From: an uncultured Verrucomicrobiae bacterium
Lineage (GTDB): Bacteria > Verrucomicrobiota > Verrucomicrobiia > Chthoniobacterales > JAFAMB01
DNA length: 64,000 nt
Assembly: GCA_963837955.1 (NCBI GenBank)
Contig: CAWIPH010000002.1
Location: 2,368,001 to 2,432,000, forward strand
Direction: 5' to 3'
The translations under genes were made by a program, and so were the position numbers. Under the pieces are notes generated by a model. It was not told where the DNA came from. It worked only from the letters and a program-made list of their open reading frames with translations, and searched no databases. This document shows, in pieces, positions 50,682-60,805 of the stretch (position 1 is its first letter; each line of letters begins with the position of its first letter).

Positions 50682-53267
50682 ATGAGGCGGCAATTCAACT
50701 GTTTGCGGACGATCGGACGGAGCCGAATATCGTGTTATGGGGAGAAGAAAAGGGGCAGCGAGGTTGTTTTGCAGTTTTGCTTCGCGCTCTTGCTGGCGGT
50801 CGAGGCGGCCGGACAGAATGCGCCTCCGTCGGCTTCGCCGACACCGGCTCAAGTTTCGAGCCAGGAGTTAAGCCAGATCATCGTTACGGCAGGGATCCCG
50901 ATTGAGGAGACCGTGTTGCCAACGGTTAGCCCAACGGATGCTGTTCTCGGATCGGATACGAACGTTTTAGATACGCCTCGGAACGTGAGCGTGCTGACGA
51001 AAGCGCAAATCGAGGCACGCCAAATTGTCGACGTAACGAATCTGGGGCAGTATGCGTCCGGAACATATACCCCGTCAATCTTTGGCGCTTCAGGGGTACC
51101 TTTCATTCGGAGCCAATACGCCGAGATTTATCAGAACGGGCAGCGATTACAGTTCTATTCGAACAGTATGCCGCCGAGCCTGAACGGGGTAGAATCGATC
51201 GATATCGTGAAAGGTCCTGGGTCTCCGGTGATCGGCATCTCCGATATAGGTGTCGGTGGCTACGTGAATATGGTCACCAAGGAGCCATACTTTGACGGTT
51301 GGCACGGCTCACTGAAGTTTACGCTAGGCGATTTTGTAGAAGGTGGCAATTCGTACATCTATCCGGAATGGCAACTCGATTTTGGTGGTCCCCTGATTGC
51401 GGACAAGCTGGCTATCCGGGTGAGTTACCTAGGCAGAGAAGCCGATAGCTATTACAACAACGTGAAAGATCATACGCAGGATATCTTTGCCTCGATCCGC
51501 TACATGCCGACCAACGCGTTAAGTTTCGACTATATGCTGCAGTTCTATGAGGCCCGCTTTGCCGAGAATAACGGGATCAACCGGGTCACCCAGCAGTTGA
51601 TCGATAGTAATACCTATATTGCGGGTCCATTTACGCCGTTTCCGAACGCAACTGTTCCCTGGCAAGGCTTTGTGACTCCTCTCGGACCAAATGGCACTTA
51701 CGCACCCAGTCAGTTTGTCCACATCCACAACAACAATGTCCTCGTGGCTCCTGGCGATTCTGCTTACGGGAAGCGGTTCCTGACTCAGCTAGTGGCGAAA
51801 GCCCAGGTGTCGAGCGATTTCCAGATTGTCTGGAGAACTTTTTTCGAAGATACGAAGAGCCGTAAACTAGATAACTTCGGATATGATGAGTGGTCGCCGC
51901 TCAATGATGTCGTGGAAACGCGGCTGGAGCTTCACTACGATATGCATCTTTTTGGCGGTAGTTCGACAGTCAGCGCTGGTTACGCGAAAGATGGTAAGAC
52001 TCCGCTCTCGACGACAGTAGACCACCCAGGAATCCTTAACAGCATTATCGCGGGCATAAGCTATCGGCATGAAGAGAACTTGAACTATAACGACTTCTTC
52101 AACGAGCCATTCACCGTCTACGATCTTTCGCAGGGTGCGAACTTCAAGCTATTTCCACGCTCCGTCATCTTTGGAGGTCAGCTAGTGCCCGGCTCTGGCT
52201 CGCCTGGTTATAGCGGTTCCGCCTCTTCATTGACCTACCAGGACGCCTCTGATGACTTCGGTATGTTTTTGCAGGATACTTTGACGTTGACCAAATGGCT
52301 GACCCTTTTCGGCGGGATCCGAGGCGACTTTGTTGAGGCCAAATCACGAACTCCGGCGCTAGGCCCGTTTCTGAATGGGAGCGGGGGCGCCACGCCGGCT
52401 ACTCCATACATTCATCATGGCGCGTTCGATCCGTCTTATTTTGCGAGCGTAGTAGTCAAGCCGCAACCCTGGTTGACTACTTATGTCACGTACGACCGGA
52501 CAACGGCGATACAAGGTGAGCCGAACTGGGGCGGTATCACGCCGAATTTCACCGGAAATTTCTTGGCCAATACCACGGAATTATACGAAGCGGGCGTAAA
52601 GGTGAGCTTATTGCAAAATACGCTCTTTGCCTCTTTGGCCGGTTATTATCAAGACTATACCCAATACGACATCCACGGTAACCCCATGAGAACGCGCGCC
52701 AAGGGGATCGAGCTTGAAGCGACGTACCAACCGAATCGAAACTTTAATGCGAGCGCTAACCTGACGATCTCTCGTACCCAATTCACTAACATCACTCCGG
52801 CCAACACCGTTTTTGTTCAAACGAATAACTACCTCAATGTCTTTGCTCCTGGTTTTGTTGATGTAAACGGCGGGCGCGGTAACGGGGGCACAAATACCTC
52901 GACCGGTTTCAGCCCAAACTATACGGGCGTTTTTCTGAACACTTCGACACCGGACGTGGTCAGCATTCCGAACCTGCTATTCAATGCTTATATCACCTAT
53001 CAATTTGATTGCGGGTTAGGAGCCAGTATCGGTCCGCAAGTCACGGGCGAAATCGCGGAGAACCCGCAAAAGACATTGAAGATACCGGCTCAGGTCACTT
53101 GGAACGCGGCTATCTTCTATAAGCAGAAGAATTGGGAAGTGCAGGTAAATTTCTTCAATTTCACGGATGAACGCAATTGGACTCCGGTAGCGACCTTCGC
53201 TTCAAACGACTCGATCTTTCCGAACGAACCATTTCACATGAATGTGACGGTGAAGGTCAAATTTTGA
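50682..53267 (+). CDS. TonB-dependent receptor
   Basis: IIVTA TonB box, DTPRNVSVLT plug, VESIDIVKGPGS, GGYVNMVTK, KGIELEATY, terminal VTVKVKF. Confidence 0.92.
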   Translation: MRRQFNCLRTIGRSRISCYGEKKRGSEVVLQFCFALLLAVEAAGQNAPPSASPTPAQVSSQELSQIIVTAGIPIEETVLPTVSPTDAVLGSDTNVLDTPRNVSVLTKAQIEARQIVDVTNLGQYASGTYTPSIFGASGVPFIRSQYAEIYQNGQRLQFYSNSMPPSLNGVESIDIVKGPGSPVIGISDIGVGGYVNMVTKEPYFDGWHGSLKFTLGDFVEGGNSYIYPEWQLDFGGPLIADKLAIRVSYLGREADSYYNNVKDHTQDIFASIRYMPTNALSFDYMLQFYEARFAENNGINRVTQQLIDSNTYIAGPFTPFPNATVPWQGFVTPLGPNGTYAPSQFVHIHNNNVLVAPGDSAYGKRFLTQLVAKAQVSSDFQIVWRTFFEDTKSRKLDNFGYDEWSPLNDVVETRLELHYDMHLFGGSSTVSAGYAKDGKTPLSTTVDHPGILNSIIAGISYRHEENLNYNDFFNEPFTVYDLSQGANFKLFPRSVIFGGQLVPGSGSPGYSGSASSLTYQDASDDFGMFLQDTLTLTKWLTLFGGIRGDFVEAKSRTPALGPFLNGSGGATPATPYIHHGAFDPSYFASVVVKPQPWLTTYVTYDRTTAIQGEPNWGGITPNFTGNFLANTTELYEAGVKVSLLQNTLFASLAGYYQDYTQYDIHGNPMRTRAKGIELEATYQPNRNFNASANLTISRTQFTNITPANTVFVQTNNYLNVFAPGFVDVNGGRGNGGTNTSTGFSPNYTGVFLNTSTPDVVSIPNLLFNAYITYQFDCGLGASIGPQVTGEIAENPQKTLKIPAQVTWNAAIFYKQKNWEVQVNFFNFTDERNWTPVATFASNDSIFPNEPFHMNVTVKVKF

Positions 53268-53347
53268 GGCGGTGGGGGATTGATTTGTGACTTCTGTACA
53301 AAGCCAGCCTCGAAGCCCCACGGCAATTGTCCAGGATGCCCATTATG

Positions 53348-53540
53348 GTAGGGCGAAAACCTCGGCGCGCCGGGGACGTTGCGAGGTTTCGCTGATGGGT
53401 GCGCGCCGGGTTTGAGCCGCGCGCGGGAAAATCTGTGTTGTGTCTTCTCTCCCCGTGTCGATGAGTATTTGAAGGTGTGGGTAAAGGTATGAAACGGCTC
53501 AAGCCGGCGCGGCTGATACCGCACCAGGCTTTCGCCCTAC
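53348..53540. repeat. GTAG-type REP doublet
   Basis: GTAGGGCGAAAACCT vs AGGCTTTCGCCCTAC; inner CGCGCCGGGTTTGAGCCG vs CGGCTCAAGCCGGCGCG. Confidence 0.72.
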
Positions 53541-53559
53541 GGTGCTGGGTTGGTGAACA

Positions 53560-55017
53560 ATGGAAGTCAAGTTACATCAGATCACAAAGCGTTTCGACCA
53601 GGTCCTAGCAAATGACCAGATCACTCTAACGATTAACCCGGGTGAAGTTCTGGCCTTGTTGGGCGAAAACGGGGCAGGGAAGAGCACCCTGATGCGCATG
53701 CTTTACGGTCTCTACCAACCTGACGAAGGCAAGATCGAGGTGAACGGCCGCCCAGTTCATTTCAAATCACCGGCGGACGCGCGTGCTGCCGGAATTGGGA
53801 TGGTTTTTCAGGAATTCAATCTGATCCCGGCAATGACGGCGAAGGAAAATCTGGTCCTGGCCGCGGATCGCGGGAATTGGTTTTTGACGCGACGATCAGC
53901 CGAAACCGTGCTTGAGCAATTTTCCGAACTGGCGCCTCACGTGCGAACTGACAAGCCCGTTACAGATTTGGCGGTAGGCGAAAAGCAATTGCTCGAGTTA
54001 GCCAAGGTTTTGAATGCGAATGCACAACTGATCATCTTGGACGAGCCGACTTCCGTGCTGACCCCGATCGAAGCGGAAAGATTGTATCAGAGGATTCGCG
54101 CACTAGCGGAGCAGGGGCGCAGCGTGATCATGATCTCGCACAAGCTAGACGATGTCTTTGCCTGCGCGACTCGCGTTGCCATTCTGCGTCGCGGCCGGCT
54201 TGTTCATGTGGGAAAGGTATCGGCCAGCTCGCGCCAGGATCTCATCCAACATTTCATTGGTAAGGAGATGCCGGCAGAATCCAGACTGCGGGAGCCGCGC
54301 TCGGAAGTAGCAACTCAACTCGAGGTCGTTGGGCTATCGGGTGAGCGCGCTCACACGAAGATATCTAATGTGACATTCTCGGTTGCCAAAGGAGAGATTT
54401 TGGGCGTGGCCGGCGTGTCCGGGAATGGCCAGCAACTGTTGGCTGAGCTTATTTGTGGAATCGAGAAACCGGTGGCCGGCCGAATCTCAATAGCTGGAAA
54501 GAAGATCGACCGCGGACACTTGGAAAGCATTGGCTACATCCCGGAATTCCCAACCCTGAATGCCGTGGCCCAGGGCCTTGATCTAAGAACTAACTTGGAA
54601 GTGAAAAGGCTGCGGAAACTACCTCTGGTCAATCCGCTGCCTTGGTCTGATCGGGCTCGAGCCGCTATTGAACAATTCAACGTTTATCCGCCTAATCCGC
54701 GCCTGGAGGCGCGGATGCTCTCTGGGGGAAATTTGCAAAAGCTGGTCTTAGCGCGGGAACTTGGTGGGCAACGAGATCTGATTGTTGCCTGCTATCCCAC
54801 GATGGGCCTGGACCTGGTGGCCAGCCAGGAAATCCGAGCAAAATTAATCGACCAGGCCCGCATCGGTGCGGCGATCGTGTGGATTTCCGAGGATCTAGAT
54901 GAATTGTTGGAATGCAGCCATAATCTGGCTGTGCTCTTTCAGGGTAGAATCGCCGGAGTGGTCCGAACAGGGGAGGCCGATCGAGCGCAGATCGGGAGCT
55001 GGATGGCCGGCCTATGA
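53560..55017 (+). CDS. ABC ATPase, CUT2 nucleoside/sugar type (double domain)
   Basis: LLGENGAGKSTL, ILDEPTSVLTP, ISHKL, LSGGNLQKLVLAREL. Confidence 0.93.
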   Translation: MEVKLHQITKRFDQVLANDQITLTINPGEVLALLGENGAGKSTLMRMLYGLYQPDEGKIEVNGRPVHFKSPADARAAGIGMVFQEFNLIPAMTAKENLVLAADRGNWFLTRRSAETVLEQFSELAPHVRTDKPVTDLAVGEKQLLELAKVLNANAQLIILDEPTSVLTPIEAERLYQRIRALAEQGRSVIMISHKLDDVFACATRVAILRRGRLVHVGKVSASSRQDLIQHFIGKEMPAESRLREPRSEVATQLEVVGLSGERAHTKISNVTFSVAKGEILGVAGVSGNGQQLLAELICGIEKPVAGRISIAGKKIDRGHLESIGYIPEFPTLNAVAQGLDLRTNLEVKRLRKLPLVNPLPWSDRARAAIEQFNVYPPNPRLEARMLSGGNLQKLVLARELGGQRDLIVACYPTMGLDLVASQEIRAKLIDQARIGAAIVWISEDLDELLECSHNLAVLFQGRIAGVVRTGEADRAQIGSWMAGL

Positions 55018-56090
55018 TGAAGTTATCAGCGGTGCTGGTTTCTTTCCGCACTTGGATTCTCGCGATCGTGAGTTTTGCCGGTCTTTGCTTGTTGTTCTTT
55101 TGGCCAGCTGGGTTGCCGCCCATGCAACTCTTTACCCTGATTTGGCAAGGCTCATTCGGCGACCCTTACGCCGTCTCGGAGACGCTGGTAAAGGCGACGC
55201 CGATACTCTGGTGCGCCATGGCGATAGCGATTCCAGCTCAATTGGGCCTTATTTCGATTGGAGCGGAAGGCCAAATGTACATGGGCGCAATTTTCGGCGC
55301 GGCTTGGATTTTCTTGACCATGTCGGCGCCTCCTTTCGTCATTATTCCCGGGATGTTGTTTTTCGGTGCAGCCGGAGGTTTTGCTTGGGGAATGATTCCG
55401 GGATTCCTGAAAGCGAAAGTGAATATCAATGAAACTTTGGTTTCGCTCTTACTCAACTTCGTGGCCGTGGATCTGCTTGATTATCTTATCCACGGCCCCT
55501 GGAAAGCTCCTGAGGCCACCAACTGGCCGCAAACCGTGGCATTTCCTGATGCCACCGTTCTTCCCGCGATCGAGCCCGGATACCGTACGCATGTCGGTCT
55601 AATCGCTGCCATCCTCGCGTCGCTCCTCTTGCATTTTCTCTTTTCCAAAACGCGTTGGGGACTGATTACTCGCGTCCTCAACAATAACCCACGGCTCGCA
55701 CCCCAGTGCGGGGTCAACCTTAGTCTGTACATCATGGTCTTAATGGGAGCCGGGGGGCTGGTAGCAGGCCTCGGTGGAATAGGTGAAGCCGCAGCGATCC
55801 AGAACCGGCTTGAGTCCCATTTTCTTCCGGGCTTCGGCCTCAGTGGTTACTTGGTTTCCTGGCTCGCCCGGCACGATTTTCGTTGGCTGCTGCCACTGTC
55901 TGTAATGATGGGAGCAATTCTGGCTTCCGCCGACGCGTTACAATTATCTGCACACCTGCCCTCCTCGTCCGCGTTAATTTTGCAAGGGTTCTTATTCGGC
56001 GTGCTTGTTGCTGTTGGAAGATTAAGAAAAAGGGACAAGCGTGAATCCCCTGGAATCGTCAATAAGTCTGCTGATCTCCGCCCTGCGTAG
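55014..56090 (+). CDS. ABC permease (nucleoside-type)
   Basis: SETLVKATP, IGAEGQ, NETLVSLLLNFV, HGPWK. Confidence 0.9.
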   Translation: MMKLSAVLVSFRTWILAIVSFAGLCLLFFWPAGLPPMQLFTLIWQGSFGDPYAVSETLVKATPILWCAMAIAIPAQLGLISIGAEGQMYMGAIFGAAWIFLTMSAPPFVIIPGMLFFGAAGGFAWGMIPGFLKAKVNINETLVSLLLNFVAVDLLDYLIHGPWKAPEATNWPQTVAFPDATVLPAIEPGYRTHVGLIAAILASLLLHFLFSKTRWGLITRVLNNNPRLAPQCGVNLSLYIMVLMGAGGLVAGLGGIGEAAAIQNRLESHFLPGFGLSGYLVSWLARHDFRWLLPLSVMMGAILASADALQLSAHLPSSSALILQGFLFGVLVAVGRLRKRDKRESPGIVNKSADLRPA

Positions 56091-56964
56091 CTCAACGCCG
56101 ATGAGCTTTGTGTTGGCGGGAGAAATTACCGGTCAACGTGCCGGCGTATTGAACATCGGTGTTGAAGGGCAAATGCTGGTCGGCGCCGCGGGGGGATTTG
56201 CGGTTGCTTCGACGACCGGAAATGCCTGGTGCGGACTTTTGGGTGGGGCACTTGCCGGTCTGCTTTTGTCGGCGATTTTTGCTCTACTCTGTCTGATTTG
56301 CAAAGCGAACCAAATCACCGCCGGTGTCGCCATTTTGCTTTTGGGCAGCGGCCTAAGCGCTTATTTCGGGATCCCTTATGTTGGTCGCCAAATTTCGGGA
56401 TTCTCTCCATTTTCAATCGCAGGAGTGCCAGACTGGATGGAGGCGATTTTGCATCAGATCACACCCACGATGCTGTTAGCGCTGGTGGTTCCGCTCATCT
56501 TAGGCGGCTTTCTTTTCCGAACGCGAACGGGTCTCCGTTGGCGCGCCGTTGGCGAATCGACGAAGGTAGCTTGGGGATTTGGGTTTCATCCTGTCCGATA
56601 CCGCTTCGCGGCAATTCTCTTGGGCGGATTCCTGTCGGGATTCGGTGGAGCAGCTCTCTCCGTGGATTATACGAAAGGTTGGTCGGAAGGTATGACGGCA
56701 GGGCGAGGATTAGTGGCGATTGGATTGGTAGTTATAGCTCGATGGAACCCGCTCTGGACAACGCCGGTCGCCATGATTTTCGGCTTCTCGGAAAGTCTTT
56801 CGCTAATCATTCAAGCGATGGGTCTAGGAATTTCTTCTTATCTCTTGGCCACATTGCCATACCTGGTTCCAATCTTGCTTCTCGTTCTGGATGCCAAGTT
56901 CGCCGGCGCGCTAAACCGAGTGCCGGCGAGTTTAGGCGACGTTTTTGTATCGGGCAGATCTTAA
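56041..56964 (+). CDS. ABC permease (nucleoside-type)
   Basis: RAGVLNIGVEGQML, RAVGES, GMTAGRGLVA, RWNP, LPY. Confidence 0.9.
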   Translation: MNPLESSISLLISALRSSTPMSFVLAGEITGQRAGVLNIGVEGQMLVGAAGGFAVASTTGNAWCGLLGGALAGLLLSAIFALLCLICKANQITAGVAILLLGSGLSAYFGIPYVGRQISGFSPFSIAGVPDWMEAILHQITPTMLLALVVPLILGGFLFRTRTGLRWRAVGESTKVAWGFGFHPVRYRFAAILLGGFLSGFGGAALSVDYTKGWSEGMTAGRGLVAIGLVVIARWNPLWTTPVAMIFGFSESLSLIIQAMGLGISSYLLATLPYLVPILLLVLDAKFAGALNRVPASLGDVFVSGRS

Positions 56965-57046
56965 AATGGCGGGAACAGTTCTTTGCCCAACAGGTGTTAC
57001 GGTCCTTAACCCGCGTTTTAGCTTAGGGTCTGCATGTAGTAGGAGG

Positions 57047-57260
57047 ATTAGCCCGGCAAGGGCGAAAACCGGTATGTGCCGAGAAGAGGCCGTATGGGAA
57101 ACGTTATCATATCATGTTACTATATTCTTTTGATCCACATTCTGATGCCCTTTCCTCCTTCGCTAAAGCTACAGTCGACCAGTCGGGTTGCACCACTTGG
57201 GGTTTCCCAAACCCGGGGTTCGCATCCCGGCCTGGGCCCGATAGCCCTTTCGGGGCTAAT
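57047..57260. repeat. REP doublet with a nested short family C unit
   Basis: ATTAGCCCGGCAAGGGCGA vs TAGCCCTTTCGGGGCTAAT; nested TCCTCCTTCGCTAAAGCTAC...CCAGT at ~57153-57183. Confidence 0.6.
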
Positions 57261-58343
57261 GCGAAACGTACGATATTCTCATTCCTGACTCGCGGCTTTT
57301 GGATTTTCGCTCTCGCGGTGGCCTTGTCGCAACCCGCTCTCGCTAAAACCAAGGTCGGATTCATCTATGCAGGACCTAAGAACGACGCCGGATGGTATTC
57401 GGCCCAGGACGACGGACGCGTCTACCTCGAACAGAACATGCCGGAGGTCGAGACAATCGTGGCAGAAAACGTCCCGGAAACGGCGGATGCGGAGCGCGTC
57501 ATGGAACGAATGGCCCGAGCGGGAGCAAAAATCATTTTCGCCGCGAGCTACGGTTATTTCGACAAAGCGGTTCGTGTTGCTAAGCGATTCCCGGACGTGA
57601 TTTTCATGCACAGTGGAGACGGCCAGATCGCGACGCGCGTCGGAAACTATTTCGGTTCAACCGAGGAGCCGATGTACCTGGCTGGCATCGCCGCCGGCTA
57701 CGCCACAAAGTCGGGCAAGCTTGGCTATATCGATGCGCATCCGATTCCGTTCCAAGTGCGAGGAATTAATGCCTTTACGCTCGGGGCGCGCTCTGTGAAT
57801 CCCAAAGTCACGGTGCAAGTGATTTTCTTGAACACCTGGAAGGATCCCATCAAGGAAGCTGAAGCGGCCAATTCCTTGATCGATCAAGGGGTAGACGTGC
57901 TCGCTCAAGAGGTCGACTCAAACCTGACCATCGCTCAGGTAGCCGAAAAACGGGGCGTTTCTTTCGTGGGCCAGTACTACGACGCTTCCCAGTTTGCACC
58001 CCATGCGTGGCTGGTTGGCAATTACTATCACTGGGGTCCGATGATGGTTCATATTATCAAAGAGGTACAAGCCGGGACATGGAAGGAAAAGGCTTACTTG
58101 GCGACGCTCGCCAGTGGAGCTTTACAGATGACCGGGTATGGCAGCGTTGTGCCGGCGGATGCGAAACCAAAACTGGACACTGTGACCAAAGAATTCCAGA
58201 CGGGTCAACGCAAGCTTTGGAGCGGACCGATTCTGCGGCAGGACGGCACGCCGGTCATTGAGGCGGGCCAAGTGCTGGATCCGCAAAAAGTCACAGAGAT
58301 GAATTTTTTCGTCCAAGGCGTCATTGGAGTATCGGGACAATAG
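57259..58343 (+). CDS. BMP-family ABC substrate-binding protein (start apparently affected by a 1-bp deletion)
   Basis: KVGFIYAGPKNDAGW, ENVPE, YLAGIAAG, INAFTLGAR, NFFVQGV; signal peptide AKRTIFSFLTRGFWIFALAVALSQPALA. Confidence 0.88.
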
Positions 58344-58385
58344 GTAGCAAAGTAGCGTAGCCTGATGCTTCGCAGCTGAGATCCA

Positions 58386-59678
58386 TCACCCGTGGTGGTG
58401 ATTATCTTCGGTAGAGATACCTGTTTCTCGGGGGTGCCGGTATTGGACAAAATCTTTGGAAAAGAACAGGTCAAGCGTCCAATCGAGCACGACCCGTAGT
58501 TTTTTCTCCATGCGCGGCAGTTTGCTCAAATAAATCGTCCTCCAGAGCCACCAGGCGACAAATCCGGAAAAGTTGACGCCAAGAATTCGGGCGACGCCGG
58601 TGCGCTGACCGATCGAAGCGAGGAGACCGAGTGTTTTAAAACGAAAAGGCTTGAGTGGTTGCCGACGCACAGCTGCGACAATGTTTTGAGCGAGAATTTT
58701 GCCTTCGCGCGAAGCGTGTTGCGCAGTAGGCGGGTAACATCCGCCAGCCGGATCCGGTATCAACGCGCAGTCGCCGAGCGCCCACACACCCTGGAATCCC
58801 TCGACTTCCATGTTAGCGTTTACTTTAATCCGTCCTCGCTCTTTTGGAACGTCGACATGAGCTAACAGAGGATGCGGTGAAGTGCCGGCCGTCCAAACGA
58901 GAGTGAAAGTCTTAATGGACGCTCCGTCGCTCAGTTGAACTTCTCCTGGTGCGACGGCGGTCACCTTAGTATTAGCGTAAAGCTGGACGCCTCGCTCGAC
59001 TAACTTTCGCGAGGCATAACGGCCAAGAGGTTCGCCCAGCTCGGGTAGAATAAAATCTCCCGAGTGAACTAACACAACCCGGATCTGGTCCCGCGCCAAC
59101 ATTGGGTAGTACGGAAGCGCATCGTGCAGGAAATCTAGAACGCTCCCCACTGTCTCGACACCAGCAAAGCCGCCTCCGGCCACAACAAATGTCAGAAGAG
59201 GCCCTCTTTGATGACTGGCGCACTCTGTGCCCGCCTCCTCTAGGTGCGCAATCAGTGTGTTCCGAAGATCGATAGCGTCACCGAGCGATTTCATAGTGAA
59301 CGCACCCTCAGCGAGGCCGGGGATTTTGTAGAAATTAGTCACTGATCCCAATCCCAAGACGAGGTGATCGAACTCCAAAACATGCTCGTGCCGATCGAAG
59401 CCGTGCGTGACCGTTACGGTATGCTCACCTAAATTGATACGCTGGGCCTCGCCGTTGATGAAGTTCACGTGTCGTAACATCTTGCGCACCGGGTTAACAA
59501 TATGGGTGAGATCCAGATCACTCGCCGCGACCTCGTGAAGCATCGGAGTGAACAGAAAAAAATTCTCCTGGTTGATCATGGTTACCTCGAAATCGGGATC
59601 GCGCCGTCTTTCAAATTCGAGGGCGCTATAAACACCGCCGAAGCCGGCTCCCAGGATAAGAACACGAGTCTTTTGCAT
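58386..59678 (-). CDS. Type II NADH dehydrogenase-like FAD/NAD(P) oxidoreductase
   Basis: ILGAGFGG, FTPMLHEVA, VAGGGFAGVE, WALGDCA, PTAQHA. Confidence 0.9.
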   Translation of the reverse strand: MQKTRVLILGAGFGGVYSALEFERRRDPDFEVTMINQENFFLFTPMLHEVAASDLDLTHIVNPVRKMLRHVNFINGEAQRINLGEHTVTVTHGFDRHEHVLEFDHLVLGLGSVTNFYKIPGLAEGAFTMKSLGDAIDLRNTLIAHLEEAGTECASHQRGPLLTFVVAGGGFAGVETVGSVLDFLHDALPYYPMLARDQIRVVLVHSGDFILPELGEPLGRYASRKLVERGVQLYANTKVTAVAPGEVQLSDGASIKTFTLVWTAGTSPHPLLAHVDVPKERGRIKVNANMEVEGFQGVWALGDCALIPDPAGGCYPPTAQHASREGKILAQNIVAAVRRQPLKPFRFKTLGLLASIGQRTGVARILGVNFSGFVAWWLWRTIYLSKLPRMEKKLRVVLDWTLDLFFSKDFVQYRHPRETGISTEDNHHHG

Positions 59679-59769
59679 TTTTCTTGAATGAGATTTCCGA
59701 TTCCGGAAAACTCGCAGGTGAGAACAGAGAGATCTCGAGGCGGGTTCTTATTCCCTAGGTTGTACCGCT

Positions 59770-60047
59770 GCGGACAAGTCCGATTTCGCCAAACCTAAGT
59801 CATGGTTCGAACATCGGAGGAGGCTTCCGCCGCCGCCAAACTTGTTAGCATATTGGCTTTGAGGGGATGGGCTATGGCGGACAAGTCCGATTTCGCCAAA
59901 CCTAAGTCATGGTTCGAACATCGGAGGAGGCTTCCGCCGCCGCCAAACTTGTTAGCATATTGGCTTTGAGGGGATGGGCTATGGCGGACAAGTCCGACTT
60001 CGCCAACCGTAAGTCATGGCTCGAACATCGGAGGAGGCTTCGTCGGA
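59770..60047 (-). repeat. Tandem array, 2.5 x 107 bp, two alternating family C modules
   Basis: Units at 59770, 59877, 59984; one module is the reverse complement of the 19621 unit. Confidence 0.9.
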
Positions 60048-60084
60048 CACGTCGTCAGGACACGCCGGCGGGACAAGTCGGCGC

Positions 60085-60645
60085 TCAGGCCGTGTCCACT
60101 GGAGGAGCCAGCCCACCGAGACCATCGATCGAGGTCACATTCTTTTCGCGTTGATACACAACCAGTTTTTTCGGGCCTTTGTGCTCCGCCCAATCCGTGA
60201 GCTGGTTTCGATCTCCACGAAATTCGTAAAGGGGCACTCCAAAACCGCACGAATCGGAAATACGAGTCAAGTGCACGCGAATAAATGAACGAAGTCCTGG
60301 TGTACTGCCAAAACGCGCCTGCAGCGTGGCGAAATCTGGGTGGTGCGACTCGATGACTTCGCCCTGGCCATGCAGCCGGACAATATTTGGCGCACCGGCA
60401 AAGGCACAGAACATCAAAACGATGCGCCCATTTTCCTTGATATGCGCGATCGTTTCGACACCGCTACCGGTCAAGTCTAGATAAACGACGGTTCGTTCGC
60501 CAAGAATGCGGAATGAGCGGCCATCCTTTGGCGAGCAATTGACGTGGCCTTCCCGTGACAACGGCGCCGTAGCCACGAAGAATATCTTTTGTGCAGAAAG
60601 CCAAGCGGACAGCTTTTCGTCAATCGCATCGTAAACTTTGCCCAC
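60085..60645 (-). CDS. Pyridoxamine 5'-phosphate oxidase-like FMN-binding protein
   Basis: FFVATAPL, VNCSPK, YLDLTGSGVETIAH, SCGFGVP. Confidence 0.88.
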   Translation of the reverse strand: MGKVYDAIDEKLSAWLSAQKIFFVATAPLSREGHVNCSPKDGRSFRILGERTVVYLDLTGSGVETIAHIKENGRIVLMFCAFAGAPNIVRLHGQGEVIESHHPDFATLQARFGSTPGLRSFIRVHLTRISDSCGFGVPLYEFRGDRNQLTDWAEHKGPKKLVVYQREKNVTSIDGLGGLAPPVDTA

Positions 60646-60805
60646 GGCAGAACGGTGAATCAATATTCAAAGAACGCAAAAGCTTTGCGGTATTTCCAAC
60701 CACGAATGCAGGCGAATAGACACGAATGGGTCTCGTTTGTGGCCCTATAAGCCAAAGCCTTTCCGTTCAGCGACATTCACCTCTCATCAATCATCTTGGT
60801 TGGAG

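Noticed and set aside
53290..53345. Possible riboswitch upstream of the ABC operon
   Set aside because: No match to purine, xanthine, guanidine or TPP cores that I can recognise; most of the spacer is a REP doublet
59770..60047. CRISPR array and ORFs 59909-60154, 60016-60288
   Set aside because: Tandem duplication of REP modules; ORFs are repeat read-throughs or antisense to the PNPOx-like gene
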